From Lingula anatina (taxonomy: Eukaryota; Animalia; Brachiopoda): a stretch of DNA of 64,000 nt. Under the pieces are notes generated by a model. That model saw only the letters and a list, made by a program, of their open reading frames with translations. It had not been told where the DNA came from and searched no databases. The position numbers and the translations under genes were made by a program. The stretch is from NCBI GenBank assembly GCA_051362555.1, contig CM120644.1, forward strand, positions 25,504,534 through 25,568,533, written 5' to 3'. Of the stretch, positions 1-12,165 are shown one piece after another; position 1 is the first letter of the stretch, and each line of letters opens with the position of its first letter.

Positions 1-423
1 AGCGAGTGGATTTTATATACCGGTGATAAGGTATGAGAATCAATTATTTTTATTATTATTATTAATATTGGGAATGTGTGCTTAATGGATTTTATTTTGA
101 TACCAAAATCCTCTTCCTTGTCTATTAAAATATTCAACTCTGTGAACAGCTGCAAGCTTTCGTGTTTAAGGCCTTGCCTTGCCTTGCCTTGCGCCATTTA
201 ATGGACCGAAACCAAACATCTCGACCTGTTTTATTTAACAAGGTGACATTTAAAAAATGTATTTAAGTCACATTTTCCCAAGCCTTTTCACTTAACGGAC
301 TCGGTCGAATCTCGAGTTTGCTTTGGTAAAAGAAGTGACCAACGGTTCTCGATTTGTGAAGGTAGTTAAACTCTGTACAGCCGACAATCGTTAAACGACC
401 AATTTAGGGGAAGAACCACAATT

Positions 424-2693
424 ATGAAATTTTTGCTTTTTGCCTGGTCGCTTTTTATGCTTCTCGCGTTAGAGCAGGTGTATGCCAGTGAGAGCGAGGA
501 GACACCACCCGGACTGAGGTTAAAGAAGGAAAAAATTCCCCAGAACGGAAGACTAAAGAACATGAAAAGGGAAAACCCCGCAGAAATGAAAAAGATGATG
601 AAGGCAAAAGGCCTGATAGACATCTCTGAGGAGGAAGGTTTAGGTACGTAGCGGGCTTATAGTCCCTGTTACGTTTCTTAATACTTGTTTCTTAAACCAC
701 TCAAATAGTGTCCATTTGGCAAATCGATGATATTTGATAGCATCTGTTTATCAAAGTTGTTGTTATCACTTTGCAGTTCTATTTTCAGTGCCTCTGATCA
801 CCCCCACGGATGGTACGGCTGTTCCCAATGAATACATTGCCCGCCTTCTGCCTGGTGGCAAGTACGGAAGAAGTAGGTGCACCGCTTTAAATTGTTGCAA
901 AATTCTATTCCGTACAATTTAGTTTCATTTCCGCACTTATGCTTAGTAGTAAACAACTATCTTTAAGGAGCAGAACGCCCCACATACATCTACCTTGCAT
1001 GTACCTCAATGAGCGTATTCAGAACCAGTTGATCCCAGGACCAACTAGTCCGTGGATCGAATATTACGCGCTCTTCACAATGGATTCCCGCTTCCCCCTC
1101 GCGCTGTCCCGGCAGTGGCAGACCAATTAAATCTCGACACGCTTTCAAGTGGTTCGCGTCATATTTGATTCTCTCACATGTAGGTCCGCGGATCATCTGG
1201 TTTATAACGCGCCCCACGAGCAAAGACAAAACCTTGGCAATTGACATGCACCCGAAGACTGGCAGCGTAATGTGCTAAAATATTCAGAAATCCAAGAATT
1301 CTAAAATTTGAGTAAAGATGATAAGCGACAGGAAAGAACCTTCCTTTAGTCCGGTTGCAGATACATTATTCCTATACAAACCTGTAATATATGGTATTTG
1401 ATGGCGTTTTGTGTTTATCTGTCAGAATACATGTAGCACAAAAGAGAAATTTACAATTTGGTGCCAAAACTAGTTACATAGTCTTTACTAAAAGGCATAC
1501 CTGTTTTACTCGCGATTTATAGGGTACATAAGATTTTTTAAACCAAAAAGAAAATGAATTACTTAATAGATTACTTTCAAAACGATATAAGAACAGATTA
1601 CAAGATAGTATAAAATCAGTTATAATCTGTATGCAGATGTGTCTGCTATAAGATGCAGTTAACCGTACTTTTAAGTCTTTTGTCGTTTTAAATATCGAGA
1701 TTAGGTTATAAAATATCTTATTTCATAATCAATATATTCTACCTGCCCGTTTTACACTTACAATGTACAGTTTTAAATCATATTCCCCTCACAGTTCGTC
1801 GCATCCTGAAAGGAAAAGGTTCCAAAGAAAGAGTGAAGTTCAACAGAAAAAGCAGCTACGTCATTCTTAGGGATATAAATGCTAGGTATGATTTTCGTCA
1901 ACTCTCTCCTTTTCCATGGAGAACACTGGTTCAGACTTACGTGACCATTTGATTTGGTATAATATTCGTTATTTGATTATTTTCTTATTTTTCTTACAAT
2001 ATTAATGATATTTTCTTCATCTTTTTATGATATTTCAGATATCACAGTTCAACTTTACTTGATGCTAATATTTTGGGGAGAAATCCCAAACAAATTTATT
2101 TGAAATATGCACATTTTGTCCTGATATCTGAAATTTAATTATCATTATTACTGAAGTACATCATTTTTGTTTCTAGTGACCTTCAATTGCTTCGCCAACT
2201 TACTGGCGATATTGAAGAAATCGAACAAGCTAAGGAAATGTCGGTAGATCTAAGTCATTGTGAAGGGTATTTCCCGGCTGATGAAACATGGGTAAATATC
2301 ATCACATGTGTATGTGTATGTTTTGAGTTTCTTTGTGTGTGTTTGTGTGTTTTAGGACACTATATACTGCATACGGCATACAGTCTCTCTTTTGAGTACA
2401 ACTGATTTTACCCTGTTATTATATAAGAAACAACATCACTGATATCCACCAAGAAAAGAAAGATGTATTTTGATATGAATTCCGTACTTTTTTATGCAGA
2501 ATTTAGACAGAATAGACCACTATGAGGATGATGACCGTTTTGCCACCTGGGCTCTCGGCTCTGATATAGACGCCTACGTCGTTGACACGGGAATTAACCC
2601 TGGTCACAGTGACTTCGGAGGAAGAGTTCTGCCAGGTAAGTTGAATTTAACTTAAATAACAGAAGAGAGAGATAGAGAGGTAGAGGGGAATGC

Positions 2694-2756
<63 letters not shown>

Positions 2757-2835
2757 GGGGTGTGTGTATATTTGTGTGTGTGTGTGTGAGAGAGAGAAAG
2801 AGAGACAGAGAGAGTGAGAGAGAGAGAGACGGGAG

Positions 2836-2866
<31 letters not shown>

Positions 2867-2906
2867 CGAGAGAGAGAGAGAGAGAGAGAGACGGGGTGTG
2901 TGTATA

Positions 2907-2946
<40 letters not shown>

Positions 2947-2985
2947 AGAGAGACAGAGAGAGTGAGAGAGAGAGAGAGACGGGAG

Positions 2986-3017
<32 letters not shown>

Positions 3018-3815
3018 GGGGGTGGGGGGTAAGTAAACACAAGACAAAAATCAGGAGGCCAATGCTAATCAAAGATCTGGCTGTGTGTTCTTATTCCAGG
3101 TTGGCACGCGAGTCGTTTTTCTAACAGCAGAGACTCCCAAGGTCATGGTACCCACGTGGCAAGTACCTTAGGAGGCGCCACCTATGGAGCAGCCAAGGAG
3201 GTCACCCTTATCCCCGTCAAGGTATGCTGCACGACGGGGTGTTCAACTTCGGACATCCTGGCAGGACTGAACTGGATAAAGTCACGGGTTCAACAGAACA
3301 AGCGTCTCTCAGTCATTAACATGTCACTGGGTGGTCCGTACTCTTCTTCTTTTAATGACGCCGTGTACGCTGTATTAGATGCAGGTATTCCAGTGGTAGT
3401 CAGCGCTGGAAATGACGGCCAGGCTGATGCGTGTGATAAATCCCCTGCAAGCGTAAGCGGAGCCCTCACAGTTGGCGCCACCCAGATAGATGATTACGTG
3501 GCTTCGTTCAGTAACATCGGATCATGCGTCGATATTTACGCTCCTGGGAGGAAAATAAGAGCCGCCAACTACGCAAACAGCAACGGTTGGACCGAGAAAA
3601 GTGGGACGTCAATGGCGTCCCCTCTCGTCGCCGGTGCAGCCGCGGGCTTGTTGCAGGTTTTACGCGACGCTGGGTTTCATAGCGTCCCGTCGACAAGCCT
3701 TGTTGACGACATCAACTATTACATCGTCCAGTTTGCAGAGAAGGACACAGTGAAGGGACTCCCGTCTACGGACAACAACAATGTTATGCTTCACACTACC
3801 TGTCTTACTACCTAA
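424..3815 (+). CDS. Secreted subtilisin-like serine protease, family S8A (proteinase K/aqualysin/PCSK9-like), 6 coding exons, ~453 aa
   Basis: Exons 424-643, 789-872, 1795-1885, 2177-2291, 2500-2635, 3100-3815; GT-AG introns with consistent phases, total 1362 nt. Signal peptide MKFLLFAWSLFMLLALEQVYA; I9-like prodomain (VPNEYIARL); WNLDRID; catalytic Asp (YVVDTG), His (GHGTHVAS), oxyanion Asn (SAGN), Ser (GTSMASP). AATAAA at ~4112. Confidence 0.93.
2660..3030. repeat. Compound (GA)n/(GT)n microsatellite in intron 5 of the protease gene
   Basis: Alternating GA and GT dinucleotide runs; source of several spurious ORFs in the track. Confidence 0.95.
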
Positions 3816-5509
3816 ACTTAAAATCTCCATGAAATGAACTTTTCAAATTGTTAACATACCAGTTACTACAACAGCCTATCCAAACTCTTTAAATAACTTT
3901 TGGGAAATTTATCTATATATTTCTTTTGTTTTCTTTATAAGGTCTTCCTGAAAAGATGCTTTGCTTTGAATATATGTTAAGTTAATTAGTTAATTTAGAG
4001 GTTATTTTAGAGCAGCTTTCAATGAAACCTTGTTAGTGGCATTATGGGTTAAAAACATTTTTCACGGCGCTGGCAATTCAGAATCAAGCAAATGAATTTC
4101 GGCCTGCTCAGAATAAAGACAAATTTAAGAACAAGAAAACAAAGATACGTTTGGACTTAAAAATATTTAAGTGGACTATCATCTAAGGCATGAAAACTTG
4201 CAGCTAATTTGTGACATCCTGCAATCTTTAAAATCCAGGTTTGATAACATTTTGACATCAAATATTTAATATAGGCGTGGAGGCATAAATATTGTCAAAG
4301 CTTTTGCATGTCATCTAATAGGCCTATACTCTAAAAACAAAAAACTTAAAACCACAGCAGCTTATTTGCATCAACGTACTTTACAAGGGCAACTCTGGCG
4401 TAAAAGTGCTACACAAAAACTATAGTAAATGTAAGCTTTATATTGCACGCGGGATGCCATCTTATTTCTGTATTGTAATTAAACTGCTAATAAATTCAAT
4501 CAAGCACGCAAATATTCAGATGTTAAGATTCTCTTATGTCAACAATGGATCTGTCACAGGTAAACTGTTGCATTTAAATCAAAATATGCTTTTTTAAACA
4601 CGTTTCATCTCATAAAGCGTTGCAAACATCGTTCTTCGTGATTATACAAATTAAAATTCAGTGAACTGACAGAGATGACTTTTGACCACACAGCCATAAG
4701 AGACCCCATTTATATCGGCAAAACGCGGCACTGGTTAGGTTTCGTTTGGGTTTATTTCATCTATCTGACCTTGATTTCCTCTATCTGACCTTGATTTCCT
4801 CTATCTGACCGGTGACGAATTCAGTGGAGTCCTAACCGAAAACGTAAAAATAAAGTGCCAACCCAAGAATTTTCGTGGAAGTCGGCAACCATATGTAATA
4901 TGAGAATTCAGTTTGCACGGCTACAAAGTATGGTGGGTGTCTACAGTTCACAGACTCAGTTCCAATACGTACGTATTGTTATAGCGGCAAATAACGACGG
5001 TCTGGAGCTTTCGAACGTTTATTCATCGACTTTCTTTTTCATACAAATTCACAAGTATTTATGCGGAATTTCACAGTTCGGATCATGCATTTACTTTTCT
5101 TTCCATTGTCTTTGCGTGATTATACAAGGAATTTTCCACTCTCGTGTTGCAAACCACCATTCAACATTTCCTTTTTTTTTTGGTAATTTCTAAGACACTT
5201 GTTTGCAGTTTATAATATTTAAAATATCATATGAATTGCTTATGCTTGGACCATATCCATCCTTAGTTTGCATGTGTTTTACACGTGTCCGAAATTTGCA
5301 AATATATTGAGAAATTAACCTGTCAAATCGAAGTATATGTGACTTAAAAATGTTCCTTTTTTCCTACCACGAAAAAAAAGTACACTTGTTGACTCTTAGA
5401 GAAATTAAACTTACACTCAATAACTCCTTAACCTTCTACTCGTTTGAATCGTCTTTAATTATTACTTGCAATTAGTGAAAGTGTAAGTCATTTACCTTAC
5501 AACGTTACA

Positions 5510-6150
5510 GTATTATACGTATCATACCCCGTTTTTGCTCAGTTCGGTATTATACGTATCATACCCCTTGTGAAGATTCTTTTGTCTATAGCTATTTATA
5601 TTAGTTTGATCTTACCATCCAATATTTCATCTGCTTGCAGTCAGATTTCATCAGGGAATGAGGTTGTGACAGGTATGACAACCTGTCACCCCCTCTGGTG
5701 TGCTATTTGGTCAGATCCCCCCCCCCTTGCCTGCCCCTCCCTTAGGAGTGGTAGGTAGAGGTTGGGTAGCTCCCCAACCTCTACCTACCACTCCTAAGGT
5801 AGGGGCAGGCAAGGGGGGGGATCTGACCAAATAGCACACCAGAGGGGGTGACAGGTTGTCATACCTGTCACAACCTCATTCCCTGATGAAATCTGACTGC
5901 AAGCAGATGAAATATTGGATGGTAAGATCAAACTAATATAAATAGCTATAGACAAAAGAATCTTCACAAGTCTATTATAATAACATAGCTAATGAAACTG
6001 TTCTACAGTATCATACCCCGTTTTTGCTCAGTTCGGTATTATACGTATCATACCCCGTTTTCGCTCAGTTCGGTATATACGTATCATACCCCGTTTTCGC
6101 TCAGTTCGGTTTTATACGTATCATACCCCGTTTTTGCTCAGTTCGGTATT
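5510..6150. repeat. ~36-bp tandem repeat (TATACGTATCATACCCCGTTTTTGCTCAGTTCGGTAT) split by a 404-bp palindrome
   Basis: About 1.5 copies at 5510-5566 and about 4 copies at 6008-6150. Confidence 0.85.
5567..5970. repeat. Near-perfect 404-bp inverted repeat (foldback palindrome)
   Basis: 5567 CTTGTGAAGATTCTTTTGTCTATAG... mirrors ...CTATAGACAAAAGAATCTTCACAAG 5970; centre GTTGGG-TAGCTC-CCCAAC at 5761-5778; I found only a C10/G8 run difference and one substitution between the arms. Confidence 0.95.
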
Positions 6151-7002
6151 CGGTGGGTTTCTACCCTGTATTTTACTCACATGACGGTAAAGCTTAAAGA
6201 CAAGAACACAACCTGGGGGTAAAGTGTGATATAAATGTGGAGAGCCGGAGACACAGAAGAGGACGCGGTCTTGGTGGGTGTGGCGCCGTCTAGGACTTCA
6301 GTGGACCGAGTCTTATTGCCGCCATTGCCACACATGTCGGCAGCACGTGGTCTTGCGACCAGCCGCAGATCTCCCTCAGCCAGCTTGATGGCACGCTTCC
6401 CCAGAAACCTATCTATGGATGGCAGCAGACATACTATCTGTTTCCAACCCTCGATGTAGGAGACGCTGGGGGAATTCTTGGAAATCCTTGCCACATACAC
6501 GATACTGAGAGCCGATCCTTCTTCTGCCATCTGCACTCTGCAGTCGTGATGACCCATCAGAGAAACCTTCGAAGCTAAAGGTATGTGCCTTATACTGATA
6601 TCAATATTGTCACAAATGTAATAGACTAGGCGTTCAGTAAGGTTCCAACCATCAGGTGCGAAGATAAACTCCACTTGATAGGACACGTGCTCGAAAGCGT
6701 GTAAGATAGGACTGCACACTTCACCAATTGACATGTAGCCTACTGGGCAGGGCTGGCTCGCCTAAAACCCGAGAAAAGTACGTTTTCATCAAATCATATT
6801 TGTTAATAAATATATGTTATATGTAAGTGTCCTTGAATTCTAATTCTTGGCGCATTAACGGGTCAGACAGCGAACGCAAGAAATTTCACTTTTACAGTGG
6901 CGTCACGTAGGCTAGCATACACCAGACGGCTTGGCGACGTTCACGCATGCGCTGTGCCTATACTCACCTTGACCAAGCTTGCCTCATCGCTGTCGTCCCT
7001 GG

Positions 7003-7251
7003 TCCTCAGTAAAGAACTAAAACTTGGGGGTGTGTACTTCTTGATAAGTGACGAGTATGATCCTGAAATAAAGTTGTGATCCTTAGTAAAGAACTAAAAC
7101 TTGGGGGTGTGTACTTCTTGATAAGTGACGGGTATGATCCTGAAATAAAGTTGTGATCCTTAGTAAAGAACTAAAACTTGGGGGTGTGTACTTCTTGATA
7201 AGTGACGAGTATGATCCTGAAATAAAGTTGTGATCCTAAGTAAAGAACTAA
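7003..7251. repeat. 77-bp tandem repeat, ~3.3 copies
   Basis: Unit CTTAGTAAAGAACTAAAACTTGGGGGTGTGTACTTCTTGATAAGTGACGAGTATGATCCTGAAATAAAGTTGTGATC. Confidence 0.9.
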
Positions 7252-7465
7252 GGGCGCATTCCCATAGATTTTAGATCGATCTATTCCCGTGGGAAGTCTC
7301 ACTAGATTACTTTCAGATAATCCGGCTTAAATGTCCGTCCCGCCTACTACAAGCTGTAAGGGGGTAATTAACTGTCATTCACGCTCGGCTGACAGCTATT
7401 TAGCGTGAACCCCCAGGGAATTAGGTCGATCTAGTCGGATCGATCTTATCTCTGGGAATGGGGTC
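7252..7465. mobile_element. PIF/Harbinger-like MITE (214 bp) with TAA target-site duplication
   Basis: Imperfect TIRs GGGCGCATTCCCATAGAT / ATCTCTGGGAATGGGGTC, flanked by TAA at 7249-7251 and 7466-7468. The empty site GAAC-TAA-AACTTGGGGG is visible in the upstream repeat units. Second partial copy at 22481-22564. Confidence 0.85.
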
Positions 7466-7518
7466 TAAAACTTGGGGGAATTGTCGTTCTCGTTTGTTCG
7501 ATCCATAGGTAGAATTAT

Positions 7519-10357
7519 TACGGTGGCCCACAAGTGCACTCCAAATTCCAAACGACACTCCCAATTCTAAACCTCACACCGAATACTTAAACTTCACTCT
7601 CAATTCTTAAACCCCACTCCGAATTCGCAAACCTCACTCCGAATTCGTAAACCTCACTCCAAATTGAAAAAGCTCACTCCGAATTCGCAAACCTCACTCC
7701 GAATTCGTAAACCTCACTCCGAATTGAAAAAGCTCACTCCGAATTCGCAAACCTCACTCCGAATTCGTAAACCCCACTCCGAATTGAAAAAGCTCACTCC
7801 GAATTCGTAAACCTTACTCCGAATTCATATTTTAACCCCGTTCACTGCCGTATAAAGTCGGAAGTAATATTCTAAGATGGGCTAGGGGATTTTGCCAATA
7901 GAGGGCTTCGTGTGAAAACTAGTTATTTTTCATACTACTTGGTGCTCTGTATTCCCATGCACAAAATGATGACGTAGACGTATGACCCTTTTAAGCTCAA
8001 GGAAATAGAAGAAATGAAGAAAATAGGGATAAACATACATGTACTTAACAGCAAGTCACAATTAAAATATATTATGTTTACGTGTTTTCTTGTGTGTAGT
8101 TTAAGGAATTATACATGTATTATGAATATGAGAACAGAATTACGAGTTGAAACAGCGTTGGAAGGAACAGATTTATGCACTACATGTATGTAAATAAACG
8201 TGCGTTATTTATTATTTACAACTTCAAGCATTTTCACATGATTATTTTGAAATGAATGTTTAATACAGATAACATGTTTCAGGGTGTCGACATTGGCTTA
8301 TATTATTTACCTGTTATATAACCGAGTATACTTGATAATAGTAATTAGTAGCCCCTCACTCTTTTGCAGCTGAAATATTCATCTAAGATCATAGATAATC
8401 TAATAATTGAAATTAATCAGATTAATTACACTTTATTAATCGATTTCGAATGAATAACATGCAGTGGTGGATGGGGGGGGGGGGGGAGGCGTGTTAGGGG
8501 GGTCTTGACCCCCCTTTTGAATTCTGTAAAAAAAAATCACACCAATGTTAAAATTAGAATTTTGAATAATAGTTCTAAAACGTACCAAATAGCACTGTTC
8601 GCCCTATAAGGGGGGGGGGGGGGGGCAGCTCTGCATGTGCAGCCTGTCATTCCAAAAAAAAAAAAAACAGATCCCCCTTCAAATAATCCTGGATCCACTC
8701 CTGACATTGTAGAGACAGGCAACAAGACGGGAATGTTGACGGGTTGAACTAATCTTTATTCTTGCTTTCTAACATCCAATCAACCATGGCGGGTTGAAAT
8801 CAACCGTGAAACTAAAAGGAAACAAATAACAAAATAAATAAATGAATTCATGACAACTGTAAGAAACCAGTTAAAATACCTGTACTATACCTCAATGTTC
8901 ACAATATCTTATCATACAACTTTATTATACTCTCTTCTCTATTATCACACTCTACCAATCTGTTAGCTGAGGTTTGCATGCCTGCAGATAGCACCATGAC
9001 ATTTAAGACATCCTTTAACTAAATACGAATGCATGTTTTACCTACACACACACATACATGAACCCACACTGTCATTAAAATAAAGTACATGAAACCTCTT
9101 CCCGTGCATGATATCTACATGACTGCAATTCACAATAACTATTGCATCAGCACTAAGTTCAACTGTTACTATACTATATAGCCTTTGGCAGCTTGATAAT
9201 ACCAAACACTTAATACACACTTGTCTATCTTCCACATTAATCGTATACAACCTTATAGATTAACATATTGTTTCTTGGTTTAAACATAACACGGACATTA
9301 AACACAATTTAACTTCCTTGCCACGGATACATTTACACTCACTGACCTTCTAACAATTACTAAACTTGGGAACCCCGCACTACTAAATAACTCAAAAACA
9401 TGAATTCAGCAAAACATTAACATCCAGTAAACCAAGTGTAGACATAAACTTACCATTGACTCCCTTGTCTCCTATTAATAGGTCCTGCTTGTCTATAACT
9501 TTCAAAATCTGGACCTGCCTGTCTCTTAAGTTCATAATGTCTGCTTCACATTGCATGGTAAAGCTAGCAGGTCACGTGACTACATCTGACCTATATGTGA
9601 ATTGTGTTAGTTGTGCTGCTGGCGCATTTTTGCACCTACAGACATGTATGGATTATTAGTAGTATCAATCCTATGTTGAGAAAATTGGGAGCAGTGTCAC
9701 TTAATTTGTCCTTTTATTTATAATGGTAAACCTGTAAATTGCTTCTTGCCCCCAATTTGTGTCCCAGGCGAGAGAGAGTGTGTGTATGTGTGTGTGTGTA
9801 ATTGTGAAAAATACTGAAAATAGCTGGAGAAGTCAATTGACCTTGTGACGTAAACTGTTGGTTTATTTTCGTAAGGTATATATCACGCAAACCAAAATGT
9901 AACACAATTCGCACTGTTTGCTAAAACTCTCTCGAACCTTTCACTGGAAGCGCCCAGCTAAAAAAAATTATTTGTCCCAGACAAATTACTGTTTCATAAG
10001 ATTTCTCGAAGAGAACTTTGATGAGAATGGGCAAAGTGGAATTGGAAGTGAGCTTTACGAAGAGAACTTTGATGAGAATTGGCATAGTGGAATTGGGAGT
10101 GAGCTTTTTGAATTCGGAGTGAGGTTTGCGAATTCGGAGTGAGCTTTTTGAATTCGGAGTGAGGTTTGCGAATTCGGAGTGAGCTTTTTCAATTTGGAGT
10201 GAGGTTTGCGAATTCGGAGTGAGGTTTGCGAATTCGGAGTGGGGTTTACGAATTCGGAGTGAGGTTTAAGAATTGAGAGTGAAGTTTAAGTATTCGGTGT
10301 GAGGTTTAGAATTGGGAGTGTCGTTTGGAATTTGGAGTGCACTTGTGGGCCACCGCA
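7519..10357. mobile_element. Non-autonomous DNA transposon with long sub-repeated TIRs, IS3EU-like
   Basis: Termini TACGGTGGCCCACAAGTGCACTCC... and ...GGAGTGCACTTGTGGGCCACCGCA; ~300-bp TIRs built from 20-bp subrepeats (AAACCTCACTCCGAATTCGC); exact 6-bp TSD AATTAT at 7513-7518 and 10358-10363. TAY termini plus a 6-bp TSD fit the IS3EU superfamily. No transposase ORF. Confidence 0.8.
8462..8703. mobile_element. Degenerate CAGTGGCGGATC-type MITE nested in the IS3EU-like element
   Basis: Ends CAGTGGTGGAT... and ...GGATCCACTCCTG, G/C-run interior; a related right end CCTCTAAATCCGCCACTG is at ~18035-18052. Confidence 0.5.
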
Positions 10358-11307
10358 AATTATAATGGCATCAATCGCAATGTTCTTGCAGATTTTCATT
10401 TGATTTTTCTTTACTTTCAGTCGGCCGGTAATTGAGTAGGATATTAACCCCTATTTCATGGCCACCGTTTTACAAAAACAATTGAAAGTCTTAAATATTT
10501 AGTAACGTAACTCATCGAAATGACTTAATTACGACACGCGGAGAGGGTTTGATATCTCTCTTGTAACTTAGCTTAAAATTCAAAAGCGGCCATTAAAAGT
10601 CACCACTGGACAACGATACATGTACAAGAAAGAGAACAAGAAATATGTGTTCTAAAATCGTTATCTGGACAATGTTCTTTAGTTGTAATATTTGAAACTA
10701 CAGTATGTGGTGCCATTTGGTTGGGTTTTGTGGCAAAGATTTGCCTTCATATGTAACTTTTACATAAACTTAAGGATATTGTAAGCCTTTGCCAAAACCT
10801 CATTAACAACTGACTTACATACATTCTTTTGGATAACAGATAGATATTTAGTGTTCACTGTCTTAACTAATTATCTTTCATACACATGTCATCTTATGGG
10901 TAGCGACATTATTGCGACTTTGGGGTGAAAATTGAAAAATCGGTTTCTCAAATTACTCCTTTACTTGAGCACCCACAAACACAATTTTAACACTTATTAA
11001 ATGACAAGAATTTTTTTCCAAAACCCTGTCAGCGACTTTTCTTAAAAGCCTTATTTCAGATTTTATCGTTGATAAAGCAAAATACTGCCTTTGTTTCATG
11101 AAAATATGTAATCAGGGGCTCATAACTCCATAAAAACGTATCTAAAACAATATTTAAATTTAGATTGTATCCATCTTTTTTAATCTACTTTAGAGTGATA
11201 AAAAGTATCTCAAGTACATCTGACAACAAAGAATACGGGTCCACGTGTTTGCGTCCTCTGACACAGAGCGCCACCAGGAACTGGTACATAAACATGGAGA
11301 TTACAAC

Positions 11308-12165
11308 GTCCACCTACCGTTTTGGTACATTATCCCGGTATAACACAGCATACAATGGTAATATATATAACAACATCCACCTACCGTTTTGGTACATTAT
11401 CCCGGTATAACACAGCATACAATGGTAATAAATATAACAACATCCACCTACCGTTTTGGTAAATTATCCCGGTATAACACAGCATACAATGGTAATAAAT
11501 ATAACAACATCCACCTACCGTTTTGATACATTATCCCGGTATAACACAGCATACAATGGTAATAAATATAACAACATCCACCTACCGTTTTGGTACATTA
11601 TCCCGGTATAACACAGCATACAATGGTAATAAATATAACAACATCCACCTACCGTTTTGGTAAATTATCCCGGTATAACACAGCATACAATGGTAATAAA
11701 TATAACAACATCCACCTACCGTTTTGGTACATTATCCCGGTATAACACAGCATACAATGGTAATAAATATAACAACATCCACCTACCGTTTTGGTACATT
11801 ATCCCGGTATAACACAGCATACAATGGTAATAAATATAACAACATCCACTGACCGTTTTGGTACATTATCCCGATATAACACAGCATACAATGGTAATAA
11901 ATATAACAACATCCACTGACCGTTTTGATACATTATCCCGGTATAACACAGCATACAATGGTAATAAATATAACAACATCCACCTACCGTTTTGGTACAT
12001 TATCCCGGTATAACACAGCATACAATGGTAATAAATATAACAACATCCACCTACCGTTTTGGTACATTATCCCGGTATAACACAGCATGCAATGGTAATA
12101 AATGTAACAACATCCACCTACCGTTTTGATACATTATCCCGGTATAACACAGCATACAATGGTAG
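11308..12165. repeat. 67-bp minisatellite (~13 copies) built from the exon 3' end and splice donor of the Cys-rich gene
   Basis: On the minus strand the unit encodes HCMLCYTGIMYQN followed by G|GTAGGTGG; the highest-coordinate copy is continuous with the ORF. Confidence 0.9.

Noticed and set aside
855-863. GC-AG donor (G|GCAAGT) for protease exon 2
   Set aside because: A canonical same-phase GT donor exists at 873; the GC site cannot be supported without transcripts.
2647-3072. Ser/Leu/His/Thr-rich ORFs
   Set aside because: Dinucleotide microsatellite translations inside an intron.
10590-10870. Possible TTAA-flanked element
   Set aside because: The ends do not form a convincing inverted pair.
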